DNA from: Glaucostegus cemiculus
Lineage: Eukaryota
Reading direction: 5' to 3'
Length of the DNA: 64,000 nt
Assembly (NCBI GenBank): GCA_976551045.1
Contig: CDPCPM010000233.1
Location: 5,766,001-5,830,000 of the forward strand
Shown piece by piece: positions 1 through 12,262 of the stretch (position 1 is the stretch's first letter; the number at the start of each line of letters is the position of its first letter). The position numbers and the translations under genes were made by a program. Under the pieces are notes generated by a model. The model did not search any database and had not been told where the DNA came from. It worked only from the letters and a program-made list of their open reading frames with translations.

Positions 1-430
1 CATCTTGGAACCTTGCAGCTTAATGGCAAGAACATTGAGTTTTCCCACTTTAAGTAATCTCTACACCCCTTTCCTCCAACACCCTCCCCCCCCATACCAA
101 GCCTCTTCTTTTCTTCCTATTCCTAGCCTATCTCTCTTTTTTATGCCCTCCCTTTTTCTCTCCTTTGACCCATTCCCCATCTCCCCTCCTCCCCCTCACC
201 TGCGTATCACCACCCTGTGCCCACCCCACCTCCCCTCTTTTGTCCACCTATCACTGTTCTGCTTTTCCCTCATATATATTGGGCTTCCCCTTTTCCTATC
301 TTCAGTCCTGAAGAAGGGTCCTGATCTGAAATGTCGACCTCCTGCTTTTCTCCACAGGTGCTGCCTGGCCTGCTGAGTTCCTCCAGCATAATAGTGTTTC
401 CATCTAGATTCTGCAGTCCTTTGTTTCTCA
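1..430 (+). mobile_element. Penelope-like element 3' end (pseudo-LTR) with hammerhead motif
   Basis: Reverse-complement match to 62290-62760, which abuts a Penelope-type RT; pyrimidine-rich tract; CTGAAGA...GAAA motif at 308-331. Confidence 0.75.
303..338 (+). ncRNA. Minimal type I hammerhead ribozyme-like motif (slightly decayed)
   Basis: GTC-CTGAAGA-A-GGGTC-ct-GATCT-GAAA-TG-TC-GAC: core CUGANGA and GAAA, stem II, UC cleavage site, stem I GTC/GAC. Activity not shown. Confidence 0.6.
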
Positions 431-490
431 AGTACAGCCCTGCTTCCTCACTAACCAATCACCCACACTATGTTGTCCCCCTATCACTGA

Positions 491-940
491 CATAGAACAT
501 AGAAGAACATAGAACATAGAACACAGAAAAACTACAGCACAATTCAGGCCCTTCGGCTCACAAAGCTGTGCTGAACATGTCCTAGAAATTACTAGGCATT
601 CCCATAGCCCTCTATTTTACTTAGCTCCATGTACATATCTAACAGTCTGTTGAAAGACCCAACAGATACCCAAAGGGTATCTGCCTCCACCACTGCTTCC
701 GGGAGTCCATTCCACGCACTCACCACTCTCTGAGTAAGAAACTTACAACATCTCCTCTATATCTACACCCCAGCACCTTAAATCTATGACCTTTTGTGGC
801 CAGCACTTCAGCCCTGGGGAAAAGCCTCTGACTATCTACCTGATCAATACTTCTCATCATCTTATATACCTCTATCAGGTCCCCCTCCCATCCCCCTTCT
901 CTCCAAGGAGAAAAGGCCGAGTTCCCGCAACCTGCTTATA
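491..940 (-). mobile_element. CR1-type LINE 3' fragment
   Basis: (AGAACAT)n tail at 491-530, caggcccttcggctc 3' stem-loop, decayed ORF2 C-terminus. Confidence 0.85.
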
Positions 941-944
941 GGGA

Positions 945-2615
945 CTTGCACAATGTGATCATGAAGGAATGGCAGTACATTTCCAAGTCAGGATGGTGCG
1001 ACTTGGGGAGAATTTGGCAGTGACTCTTTTCCAATGGGCTGTTGCCTTTTGGTAGGTGCTGTCAGAGCAGTATTGTGGAGTTGCTGTAGTGTGTCTTCTG
1101 GATGGTATACACTGCATCCCCGTTGCAAAAGTGAGGGAGGCTGTGAATATTCAAGGCTGTTGGTGAGAGGCAAGTCTGGTGAGCTGCTTTTGTCTTGTGT
1201 GATGTTGTTTATCTTGAAAGTTGTTAGAACTGCAGTCATTTAGACAAGTGGAAAATATTCCATCACAAACCTGAGTTGTCCCTTGTAGATAGCTAAAACA
1301 TTTTGGCTGTCAGGAGATGAACCACTTACCACAGGATACTTGACCTGCCTTTACTATCACAATATTTATGTATTCGGTCAATGGTGATCCCAGCATTGAG
1401 GTGCTGAATGATTCAACAATGGTAAGATCATAATGTATCAAGGGAGGTAGTTGAACTTTGTTGTAGATACTCTTGCCTGGCACTTTTCTAGCATGAATGT
1501 TATGAAACATGTATGTTGTCCAGGTCTTGCTCAGTTGGGCATGAACTGCTTCACTGCCAGAAGGATGGAGTTGAACACCATGCCGTCATGAGTCAATATC
1601 CCCACTTCTGGCCTTTGTGATGGAAGAAAGTCACCAAGGCAGCTACACCTAGTTGTGCCTGGGGCACTGCTATGGCGAATTCCTACAGTGAAGTCCTGTG
1701 CACAAGACACTAAGTGGAACATTCATGAGAAGGTTATCGGTGAAGAGATGCTGTCAACAGCACCTTTCATACCTCTTCTGATCACTGAGGGTAGACTGGA
1801 TTGGATTTGACTGGAGTTTTGTGAACAAGACACAACTGGGCAATCTTTACATAGTACTGGGTGGATGCCAGTCCTTTCTGAACAGATACTGATGGGGACT
1901 GTGGGAGGAGTAGACTGTTATAAAAGTATCAGCCTTGTGATTTTCACATGTTGGGTTCACTGTTAAGGCTAGGAATGTTTACAGCTCTTCTCATTAGCTG
2001 TTGAATTGTTTACAACCATTCATGATTGGATATCATGGGACCGCAGCTTTTGATCTGATTAGCTGTGGGATCATTAAGCACTGATTATTGCACACTGCTT
2101 TTTCCATTTGTATCAGGTATTGTAGCTTCAGCAGGTTGGCACCTCATTTCTGATTCTGATTAGAGTGAAGAATGGGTTACAGGTAATGCTGGAAGCAATT
2201 CTGTTGCTGCAGGTAACCATCTGCATCTTACTGAGTTGTTAGATCTGTTCTAAATCTACCCGTTTTGGCACAGCAAAGGGGCAATATCACACAAGGCGCC
2301 ATTGTGCCTTATCAGTGTGATGCCTCCAAAGTGTTAGGAGTAGGTGCATTCATGACAGGTAGATTGACCAGGGCTGGATGAAGTAGATGTTTCTTTTGTT
2401 AATAGAAGTGGCACCAATTCACATTAGATGGACATTTGAAGTCCTGCATCCAGAGTATTTTCTGTGTCCTTGCTTTATCAGTGCTTCTTTCAGGTGTTGT
2501 TTAATGAGAAGGAGTACTAATTCATCAGAAAGGTGGTTCGTATTAATTACCAGGCTGTTTCCTTGCACATTTTTGACTGATGCACTGACACTTCATGAGG
2601 TCCAGACTTGATGTT
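945..2615 (-). mobile_element. Old, highly decayed non-LTR retrotransposon (RT region; clade uncertain)
   Basis: Minus strand near 1655-1685 reads GIRHSSAPGT, a decayed GVPQGSVLGP motif; related sequence recurs at about 31440-32110 and 55700-56110. Confidence 0.55.
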
Positions 2616-3354
2616 AAACCAGTTGGCTATAATGTCAAAATGGTAACCACTGTAAGGTAACCATTTCAAATGAAAGTTATAAATTAAAGGATGATTAAAA
2701 ATTAAAGTGAGTTATAAATTAAAGTAAAATTAAAGTTTGCACATAGTTGTCAAATAACACTATTGTCCAATGGAGAGCCTAATGGATTTTTAATGGCATT
2801 GGATTATGTCCTCTTGAGTCTCTTGCTCCAGTGAGTTTACTTATAGTGAAGGCAAGGCTCATTACAAGTCACTTTTTTTGCCAGATCTTTCAGTGCAGAA
2901 TCAGAAAACTGTAGAGCCTCCTCTCACCTATAATAACACACTCTTCGCGGTCTCCCAGCACTGCACATGGTGCAACAGTCAGTGCAAGTTAAGATTCCAG
3001 GGGTAAGATTCCAAGCCACGAAAAATCCAACCTCAAAAATCCCCACTGAGGGTCCACACAGAAGATATTGAGATCACTGCCGGTGTGTAGGTGGATAAGA
3101 GCCTAATATGGGGATCGCTATCTGACTTGGACTAGCCGTGCTACTGCAGTCTGGATGTGCCACTTGTCAATATTGTGTGGTTGCTGTTTGTTCGGGCACA
3201 TTTCCTTTGATATGAGAAGTCATGCACAGGATTATACCATGAAACAACCCAGATCTAACCTTCAAACCCTTCAGTACAGGGTGGGTGGGACCAACGGAGA
3301 TAGAGGCAATGGATTCTGTGGTCTCCAGCTTCAAATCTACACTGGACTGGAAAG

Positions 3355-3675
3355 AGGGCACAGCTAGTAGAGCCACTGCCTCACAACTCCAGTGATCTGA
3401 GTTCAATCCTAACCCCCCAGTGCTGTCTGCATGGAGTTTTTCATGTTCTCCTTGTAGCTGCACAGGTTTCCTCCCACATCCCAAAATTGTGCAGGTTGGT
3501 CGATTAACTGGCTAATGTAATTTGGTCCTAGTGTGCAGGTGAGGGGTAAGATCTTGGAAGGAGCTGTTAAAATTTGTGGGGAGAATCAAATGAGTTAGGA
3601 TCAGTGTAAAAATGGGTGATTGACAGTCAGCGTAAGCTCAGTGGGCCAAAGAACAGTTATCCATGCTGCATTTGT
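3355..3675 (+). mobile_element. tRNA-derived V-SINE (HE1-like) with CR1-like tail
   Basis: B-box gagttcaatcc near 3400, central ggtttcctcccacatcccaaa V-domain, tail gtgggccaaag...ccatgctg. Confidence 0.75.
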
Positions 3676-3824
3676 CTAAACAGTTCCCTCATGTGAAAAT
3701 ATGAAGTGATTCTTTCAAAGTCAGTTGATTGATAAAAGATTGTTAATAGATAATTGATAGGGATGTGGTATACTGTGCAGAGTCTGAGGCATATGCAGAT
3801 GCATTCTCTCATCTTAACAACTCA

Positions 3825-4565
3825 TAGTGTCATAGAGTAACACAGGATGGAAACAGGCCCTTCAGCCCATCTTATCCATGTCAACCATGGTGCCCACAAA
3901 ACTAGTCCCATTTACCTGCAGTTGGCCCATATCCCTCTAAACCCCTCATATCCATATACTTAACCAAATGCCGTTTGAATGTTGTTACTGTACCTGCCTC
4001 AACCACTTTCTCTGGCAGCTTATTCCATATATGCACCACCCTCTGTGTGAAGAAGTGGCCCCTCACACCCCTTTTAAATCTTTCACCTCTCACCTTAAAC
4101 CTATGCCCTCTAGTTTTTAGTTCCCCTTCTCTGGCAAAAAGACAACGTGCATACACCCTATCTATGCCCCTCATGATTTTATACATCTCTATAAGATCAC
4201 CCATCAATCTTCTATGCTCCAAGACATAAAGTCCTAGCCCTCCCAGCCTCTCAGACCCTTGAGTCCTCTTGGCAGCATCCCTTAAATCTTCCCTGCACTC
4301 TATTCAGTTCAATGATGTCTTTCCTATAACAGGGTGGCCAAAACTGTATTGCAGTATTCCATGTGTGGTCTCACCAACGTCTTGTACAACTACAACGTAA
4401 CATCCCAACTTCTTATACTCACTGTCCTAAGTAATGAAGGCCAACTTACCAAACACCTTCTTCACCACTCTGTCTACCTGTGATACCACTTTTAGCAAAC
4501 TCTGTTCCACAACACTCCCCAGGGCTTGATCACTTACTGTGTAAGTCCTACCCTAGTTTGTCTTC
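3825..4565 (-). mobile_element. CR1-type LINE 3' fragment
   Basis: ORF 3902-4222: RLMGDLIEMYKIMRG...KTRGHRFKV...FFTQRVVHIWNKLP; caggcccttcagccc stem-loop. Confidence 0.9.
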
Positions 4566-4624
4566 CTATCAAATGAGAAGTCATAACCTCATCATATGAG
4601 GTTATTGAACTTGTGGCAGAGCTG

Positions 4625-4727
4625 TTCTGCTAAAAGGTCATTGACGTGAAACAGCAGCACTGTTTTTCATTTGACAGATGCTTTTTGACCTGCTGTGTAT
4701 TTCCAGCATGGTCTACTTTTATTGCAG
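4625..4727 (+). repeat. Short Penelope pLTR-derived repeat, decayed hammerhead motif
   Basis: ttctgctaaaaggtcattgacgtgaaac followed by cagatgct...gacctgctgtgtatttccagca, the downstream block shared by the family. Confidence 0.55.
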
Positions 4728-4904
4728 CACTATGTCCTGATCATCAGGTTTAATTTCAAGCGTTGAATTCTGGCCACATTTCTACCTCTCTAAAGGCATA
4801 GCTCATTACAGCTCACTTTTGCTGCCAGTTCTTTAAATGCAGAATCAGAAAACCATTGATCCTCCTCTCACCTGTAATTAAGTGCCCTCCAAGGTTTCCC
4901 AGAA

Positions 4905-5225
4905 CAACTCAGTGGTGCAGCAGTCAGTGCATCTGACCTCACAGCTCTAGAATCCTGTGTTTGATCCTGACTTGGGATTTTAAGGTTTTGCTGGGTGCTC
5001 CAGTTTCCTTTGCACCCCAAAGATGTGCAGATAGGTTAATGGGTTGCTGTAAGTGACCCCTTAGTGTTGGTAAGTAGCAAAAGAATTATGGGGATTTAAT
5101 GGGCATGTGAGACAAAGAATTATAGAAAAATAAGAAAAGGGGAAATGTGGCTGATGGGATTTGTCTGTGGGGAGCTGACATGGATTTGATGGGCTGAATT
5201 GCCGCCTTCTTGTAGTAAGTAAGAC
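4905..5225 (+). mobile_element. V-SINE (HE1-like), decayed
   Basis: gtggtgcagcagtcagtgc head, gggtgctccagtttcc...cccaaagatgtgc core, gatgggctgaattgcc tail. Confidence 0.7.
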
Positions 5226-5424
5226 AAGCCTAGTTCCTGACTTTAAGAGATTCACATTGGCTTCACATGGTACAGGCTTAAGTAGAATGATGTTAACTAC
5301 ATATCATGTTCAGGCCCTGTTGATGTGTGCAGCCAATGTGTAAAGCATACAGGAATTAACATAGTATGCAGATAGCATAAACTTGGCCTACTGCTTGTAT
5401 TTCCAGTGAAAACAGTCAATGAAT

Positions 5425-5850
5425 CCTGAACTATGACCCCTGCTTTTGAAAGTCTTCGAGTTCAGTCCTCAAAGACCCAACATGGTAGGATTTGGAGAGG
5501 GGGGATGTACTGAAAGATATCAGACTCCACTGCTCAGAGAAACTCCTTCTCATTTCAGTCTTAAGTGGCTTACCACTCCAATTGTGCCTCTGGTCTGAGA
5601 CTTCTCAGTCAGGAGGAACATCCTTCCTGCATCTAGCCTGTCAAGCCTTTTAGGGATTCTGTAATGTTTTGAAGTGATCTCCTCTCATTCTTCTAAACTC
5701 TGGAGAGTACAGTCCCTGTCTACTCAATCTCTTCTCAAACGTCAAACCCACCATCCCTGTCTAATAAGTCGTCACTGCATTTCTTCAAAAGGAACACCAA
5801 AATTGTACACAATACTCCAGGGGCAATCTCATCAAAACTCTAGGTTTGAG
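5425..5850 (-). mobile_element. Old CR1 3' fragment
   Basis: Decayed match to other CR1 3' ends in the window (actccactgctcagagaaa, gtgatctcctctcattcttcta). Confidence 0.6.
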
Positions 5851-5974
5851 GTTTTGATCTTCAAAAACCTTTTTCCTCATTCACCCACAGTCAATTCTGG
5901 TAGTACAATGGTGAATAACATCATTAATGTCTATGTTTAGTGAGAGGTGGCTCACAAGAAATGGGAAGTGATCC

Positions 5975-6260
5975 AGGGTCTCATTTTGAATCTTTGTTAT
6001 TGGAGAAAAAGTGGTGCAGCAGGAGCAGGTTAATACACTCTGTGGATGTTGAGTGTAAGGGCCTTTCTCTTCTATGCCTTGTTGAATAAGGAACAATGGT
6101 TTGGAGCTTGGCCTCTGGACTCGCACAAACACAAGTGTCATCTGAAAACTTCAGCTCAACTACTGAGGTTTGAATGAATTTGGTTCTGGAGTGTAGATGC
6201 CATAGGTTGAACAGTTTCTTACTAGTTTTGAGGATTAGCTCCACTCCTGTGGACATTCTA
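5975..6260 (-). mobile_element. RTE-clade (BovB-like) LINE RT fragment
   Basis: KKLFNLWHLHSRTKFIQTSVVELKFSDDTCVCASPEAKLQ resembles the RTE GKLFNLRRL...ELLYADD region. Confidence 0.7.
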
Positions 6261-8149
6261 GAAAATGAAACACATTTCTAACAGACTCCTTGTGTTTGCC
6301 TCTGCAGAAGTGACAATGTCCCATTCATCATGCAAGAGATTTTTCTGTTTTTAAATTCATTTTCTTAAACAGAATATTTTGAAACATTGCCAAACACCCA
6401 AAGCTAGTTTAAATCACCAGAATGCACAGTGCATTGTTGATATTTATCCAAGCTGCTGTATGTGTTGTGTTGCCAAAGGCTGATGTTAATATGGGACAGA
6501 GTAAAATAACAGGACAAATGGTAAGGAATAAAAAGCTGATAGAAAAACCAATGGAGCAAGGAAGAAAAGAGATTTACTCAGGAAGACATTTAAAATCAAA
6601 GAAAACATGATGGATTCAAAATAACAATGATAAAGAAAAATATGTACCTCTATTTAAATCTTACCATGCCAGTCAGTTTATCTAATTACTTTAAAAGGCT
6701 TTGCTTTGGAATCTATTATCTAGAAAGTCCATTCTCAGCCACTGTGAAATATTTAGTACGGGCTAACTTCTGTCTAGAAAGGTGTGTGGGTGTCACCTGA
6801 TATGGCCACAATTTAATAGGTACAATATGGCTTTTTTCTTACTTTTTTGACTAACTTAGAGCAAGGTTGGAGCAAGGTGCTAACATAATTAGGAGACTGA
6901 ATTTCTAATCAGTCCCAAAGGAACTCCACACAGTCTTCATAAGGTGATTGTACCTCTTCTTATATCCTTTTCATGTTACCTCTCTCCTCCACCGCCACTC
7001 CTCCACCAGTCACCTGATCACCTGACTACATTTCTTAAAACTCTCAGAAGTCTTTTTAAAGCCAAGATGTTGACCATACTTTCAGCCATCTTTGTACTAA
7101 CTAATTCAAACTTAGTCCAACCCCAAACTCTAAAGCCCTGCATGGAAGTTTTCTATCTTAAAGATGTATATTCACAATTAGAGCTAAAATTAGAAATAGA
7201 ATAAATTATACAGTCTTTTTCTAAATGAGCTTCGTCAAGTTATTCGTCAAAATTAAATAATCTTTATAAATTAGGCATTGAATTACAGTACCTCATTTGG
7301 TTATGTATATAACCCTTGAGGAGAAAACAGTATGTTGAAGGTCTGCTTGACGTCTACAAATTCATTTTTCTACACTTCAGTGGGGGAAGCAATCCATCTC
7401 CCAGTCCATTACTGACTTCTTGCTTGACAAAGATATTCATCAGCACAGATATAATCAATTATTCTCTGTGCAAATTGTAAAAAATTGAATCAATGAATTT
7501 GTAAAGTAGTTTTTCAGTTAATTTGTTTTTCTGTAGATATCCAAACTAAAGCAAACAATGAACAATTGGTTTTTAATTTAAAAGCTGTATCTGACAGTAA
7601 GTCACAACTGGGATTTTTTCAATCTTTCAGTGGCTTAAACACATGCTTTAGGTAAGAAGTTAAAATTCTAAGCCCACATTTCAGTTTCCTTCACTTTCAT
7701 TTGCCTATCTTCTGTTTGTCCAGAGGAATATAAGGGACTGAGTCAGTAAATTAGACCCTCGAGTCTGTTCTGTCATTCAGTGCAATCGTGTATCTTAATT
7801 ATATTTTAACTTCATCCTCCTTCTTCACCTTTGAGGATCTATCTGTCTTTTCAAATTTATAATTGAACTGATGTAGTTACATTTCTGGGACAGCATTCCA
7901 TTGCTGGACAGTGGGGTGAGTCTTGCTGTGTGAAATTGTTTGTTAGAACTTGCTGAGTGATAGGTGGCATCGCATTTGTCACTGAACTCCAACATTTGGG
8001 GCAAGTGATTACAGGCTTTCTAGGACCATAGCCAGTGACTAGGCAGCAGGTTAGGTCCAGCAGATAAATGACCCATTAATGGACAGTGGTAACAAGTAAT
8101 CAGAATGGTTGCAATATATCCTTTCTACGTGCGCTGTTGATCTACGTGT

Positions 8150-8256
8150 AACATTGCAGAATAAAATACTAAGTGCTGGAAATATTCATCAATTCAGGAA
8201 ACATTTGCAGAGAAAAACGATGTTAAGCTTCATCAAGAACCTTTCTTCAGAATTCC
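8150..8256 (-). repeat. Penelope pLTR-derived repeat, decayed
   Basis: Minus strand: aattCTGAAGAaaggttcttgatGAAgcttaac...atttccagcac. Confidence 0.45.
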
Positions 8257-8919
8257 AGAATCAAACAATGATTATAAAGTTGAAACAATACCCCCTCTCC
8301 TTGGTATTCCAGTTAAATTCCAATAATTGTTTTGGGTTTACTTGTACATATTAAAACATTTTAATGATCCATGTTCATACACCTTAAACCTCTTTCATTC
8401 TTCACAGCACTGTTCCATTATTTAAATAATATGCAGATCTATATTATTTTTCAGTTGAATAACCTCACTTTTTACATCCACATACATTCCACTAGATCAC
8501 TACTTTATTGAAATCCATTTGATACACCCACTCACTAACACAATCGATAGCTCTTTTTAAATTTATACCCCTGCCTAAAGCACCTTATCAATTCACCAAT
8601 CTTTGTTTCATTAAGATGAAACAAAGATTGGTGAATCTAGCTCTGTATTGTGTTATCCAAGTTGTTAATATATTCATTATTAAGGAAGTGATAACAGGTA
8701 TATTAAAATAATAATAAGACAAAGTCAACGTATGGATTTAGAGTCATAGAGCTGAAAAGCAGAGAAATGTGCCCATCTGCCCATCAAGTCTGTGATGACC
8801 CTTTTGCCCATCTACTCTAATCCCATTTTGATGCATCAGGACCGTATCCTTTTGTGCCTTGCCAATTTGGGCTTCTGTCTAAATGCCTCTTAAATTAATA
8901 ATTGTATCTGCTTCCACCA

Positions 8920-9848
8920 TTGCTTGTCATCTATATCAGTGATTTGGATAAGAATGTACAAGGCACGGTTAGTAAGTTTGCAGATGACACTAAAATGGGT
9001 GGTATTGTAGACAATGAAAAAGGTTATCCAAAATTACAGGAGGACCTTGATCAGCTGAGTAAATGGGCTGAAGAATGGCAAATTAAGTTTAGTTCAGATA
9101 AGTGTGAGGTGTTATATTCTGGAAAGTCAAATCCAGGAGTGAATGGCAGGGCCCCGGGGAATGTTGTAGAAAAGAGGGACCTTGGAGTAAAAGTATGTGG
9201 TTCACTGAAAGTAGAATCACAGGTAGCCAGGGTGGTGAAGAAGGCTTTTGGCACACTGGCATTCTTAAGTCAGGTCATGGTACGGTTGTACAGGACACTG
9301 GTGAGGCTACACTTGGAGTATTTTATTAAGTTTTGGTCACCCTGCTTTAGGAAAGATGTTATTAAACTTCAAAGAGTGCAGAAAAGATTTACAAGGGTGT
9401 TGCCAGGACTTGAGGGACTGAGTTATAATGAGAGGTTGAAGAGGCTAGGCCTTAGAACTTGGTAGCCTGAGAGGTGATCTTTTAGAAGTGTATGAAATCA
9501 TGAGGGGCATAGAGAGGGTGAATGTACTCAGTCTTTTTTCCAGGGTTGGGGAATCAAGAACTAGAGGGCATGGGTTTAAGGTGAGAGGTGAAAGATTTAG
9601 TAGGAACTTGAGGAGAAACCCTTTTACACAAATGGTGATGTCAATGTGGAATGAACTGCCAGAGGAAGTGGTTGAGGCAAGTACAATAACAACTTTTAAA
9701 AGACAGTTGGACGGGTCCATGAATTGGAAAGGTTTAGAAGGTGAAGGGCCAACCACGAGCAAATGGGTCTAGCTTGAATGGAGTAGCTTGGTCAGCATGG
9801 ACCAGTTAGGCTGAAGAGCCTGTTTCTGTGCCATATAACTCCATGACT
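8920..9848 (+). mobile_element. CR1-type LINE RT/3' fragment nested in an antisense CR1 tail (8740-8919 and 9849-9890)
   Basis: ORF 8902-9465 with SKFADDTKMGG and RDLGV; ORF 9488-9772 with RTRGHGFKV; possible CACCA duplication at 8915-8919 and 9849-9853. Confidence 0.9.
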
Positions 9849-9899
9849 CACCACCTCATCTGATAGCAGATTCCAGATATCAACCACTTTAGCGTTGAA

Positions 9900-11245
9900 A
9901 GACTATGACTAATGGGAATGACTATTGGGATACTGCAAAAAATTGTGCAGGGGCCTTATCTATTCACAATCTATATCAATGATGGGATCAAGTGTAATAT
10001 ATCCAGTTTTGCAGACAATACAAAGCTGGGTGGCAGTGTGGGTCGCGAGAAAGATGCAGAGAGGCTTTGCAGGCAGATTTAGACAGAGAAGTGAATGGCA
10101 ACAACTTGGCAGAATATAATCTGGAAAAATTATCAGGACATCCAGTGGAGTAGAAAATATAGAATAGTGGAATATCTGTTAAATGGGGAATTTGAATGGT
10201 ATTGATTCAGAGGGAGCAGGGTGCCTTTGCTCATGAACCACTGAAGGCTGACATGCAGGCAGTGTGAGCAAGTTGGAAGGCAAACGGCATGTTGGCTTTC
10301 ATTAGAAACAGATTTGTGTGCAAGAGTAGAAATGTCTTGCTGCAATTATGTGTGGTCTTGGGTAAAGTGTATCTGAAATATTGCGTATACAGTTTTGGCC
10401 TCCCTGTCTAAGAACAGACATACTGCATGTGGTTGAGGAAGTGCAGCAAAGGTTCATAGTGACATCAAACTGTACAGCACAGAAACAGACCTTTTATCCC
10501 CAACACATCCATGCCTACCTTTTTGCCCATCTGCTATAATTCCATTTCCCCATATTCAAGTGCCTGTCTGAATGTCTCAAAACTGTAGTAACTGTGGCTG
10601 AATCCATTACCTCATTTGGCAGTGAGTTTGTATAGGAATGATGTGATTGTGCTGGAGAGAGTGCATGGGAAATTCCCCAGAATGTTGCCTGAATTGGAGG
10701 ACTTCTGTTAAGGAGAGAGATTGGATAAGCTGGGCTTGTTTTTTGAGGGGTTGAGGGGAGCTGAGGGGTGAACTGATAGAGGTAAATAAAATTATGAGAG
10801 GCATAGATAGTTAGAATCTTTTTTCCCCTGGTAGGGGTAACAAAAACAAAAGGTCATAGGTTTAAGGTGATATGAAGGAGTTTTAAAAGGGATCTGAAGG
10901 GAAAGATTTTTACACAAAGTGAGGTTGATATCTGGACCTCAACCAGAGGAGGTGGTGGAATCAGATACAATTATTACATTTAAGAGACATTTAGACAGGC
11001 ATTTGAATAGGCAGGGCATAGAAGGATACAGACCTAACAGAGGTAAGTGGAATTTGTATGGATAGGCAAAAAGGTCGGTGTGGACATGGTGGGCCAAAGG
11101 GTCTATTTCTGTGTTGTACAACTCTATGACTCATGACATTATGAAAGCGTCACTGAAGGAAAGCTGGAACATGATCTTATATGGTGGAGCAGGCATGAGG
11201 GGTCAAATACCTACTCCTGGTCACAACGCGTATGTTCTTATAATG
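9900..11245 (+). mobile_element. Cluster of nested CR1 fragments
   Basis: Older + strand CR1 (tttgcagacaatacaaag) is interrupted near 10460 by a minus-strand tail and a younger + strand 3' end (about 10640-11135, ctatgactcatgac tail), then resumes with its own tail at about 11150-11245. Confidence 0.75.
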
Positions 11246-12162
11246 AATGGCCGAGAGTATAGATCCTTCTGAAACCCTGCTCATTAATTCCTTACAATTC
11301 AACTACATTGCCACTTTTACACATCCAAACTCTTCACCATATCAATATGTTGCCTTCAATTTGACAACTTTTAATTTGTAGAGCATTTGTAGAATGGTAC
11401 TGAAATACCTTCTGGACCTTACAACTACAGACATTCCCCAGTCCACTACATGAGTTTATTCTACAAAAGTTCAATTATGATTATTAGAAGTGATCTTTAC
11501 AAATCCATGTTTGCTCATTCTAATCAGCTCAGGTTCCTCTAAGTGCTTAGTCGTTCTGTACTTAATTATATTTCCAGTAAGTTTTGCCTAATATTCTCCA
11601 CTCATCCTTCTTCCCTGTTGACATTCATCTGCATTATCTCAGGAACAAATCACATAATGGATTCACCTGCTGAGTTTCTATTACTGTCTTTATTATCTAT
11701 GCAACCCCTGGGAAGCAGGCATTAATTAGTTATAAGATACAAATGCATCCTGTTACTGGTCAGATGTAGAATCGAATTCAAAACTATAGCGAATCTGAAA
11801 TTATCGCACCATTCATGAAAGACATGTGTTTATAGTTGTGTTTGTAGTTAGAATTAAGAAATCCATATTAATATTGCTTAAATGCCTCTGATCTTCCATT
11901 TGAAAAGACGGAAGTGAATATGAGCAGCTTTGTCTTGGCCTTGCTGCTGTATAATTTATTGGTGATAGAGAGAGAGGGACATCAGGTATCCACTCTGTTG
12001 ATTTCAGCTGCCACCTTTTACCAGCCTCCTTAACAGAGGATACAATCTATTTCTACTGCTGCTAACAAAGCTTTTCATAAATTTAATACCTCTGTCAAAT
12101 AACTGATTCATCCCTCATATTCTAATGACAATAGCTCCAAGTTTAAGAGATAACAAAGAGGC

Positions 12163-12262
12163 AATCCAAATGAAGGGTCTTGGCCTGAAACGTCAACTGT
12201 TCATTTCCTTCCATCGATGCTGCCTGACCTGCTGAGTTCCTCCAGCACTTTGTGTGTGTTGA
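12163..12262 (+). repeat. Penelope pLTR-derived repeat with hammerhead-like motif
   Basis: caaATGAagggtcttggcctGAAACGTCaactg followed by gatgctgcctgacctgctgagttcctccagca. Confidence 0.7.

Noticed and set aside
5-376. 123-aa Pro/Leu/Ser-rich ORF
   Set aside because: Translation of the pyrimidine-rich Penelope pLTR, repeated at 62391-62667.
2674-2740. CRISPR-like or functional array of aaattaaag repeats
   Set aside because: Irregular low-complexity slippage in eukaryotic DNA; no constant repeat-spacer period or cas genes.
3355-3420. tRNA gene
   Set aside because: A/B-box-like sequence is a SINE head with no cloverleaf.
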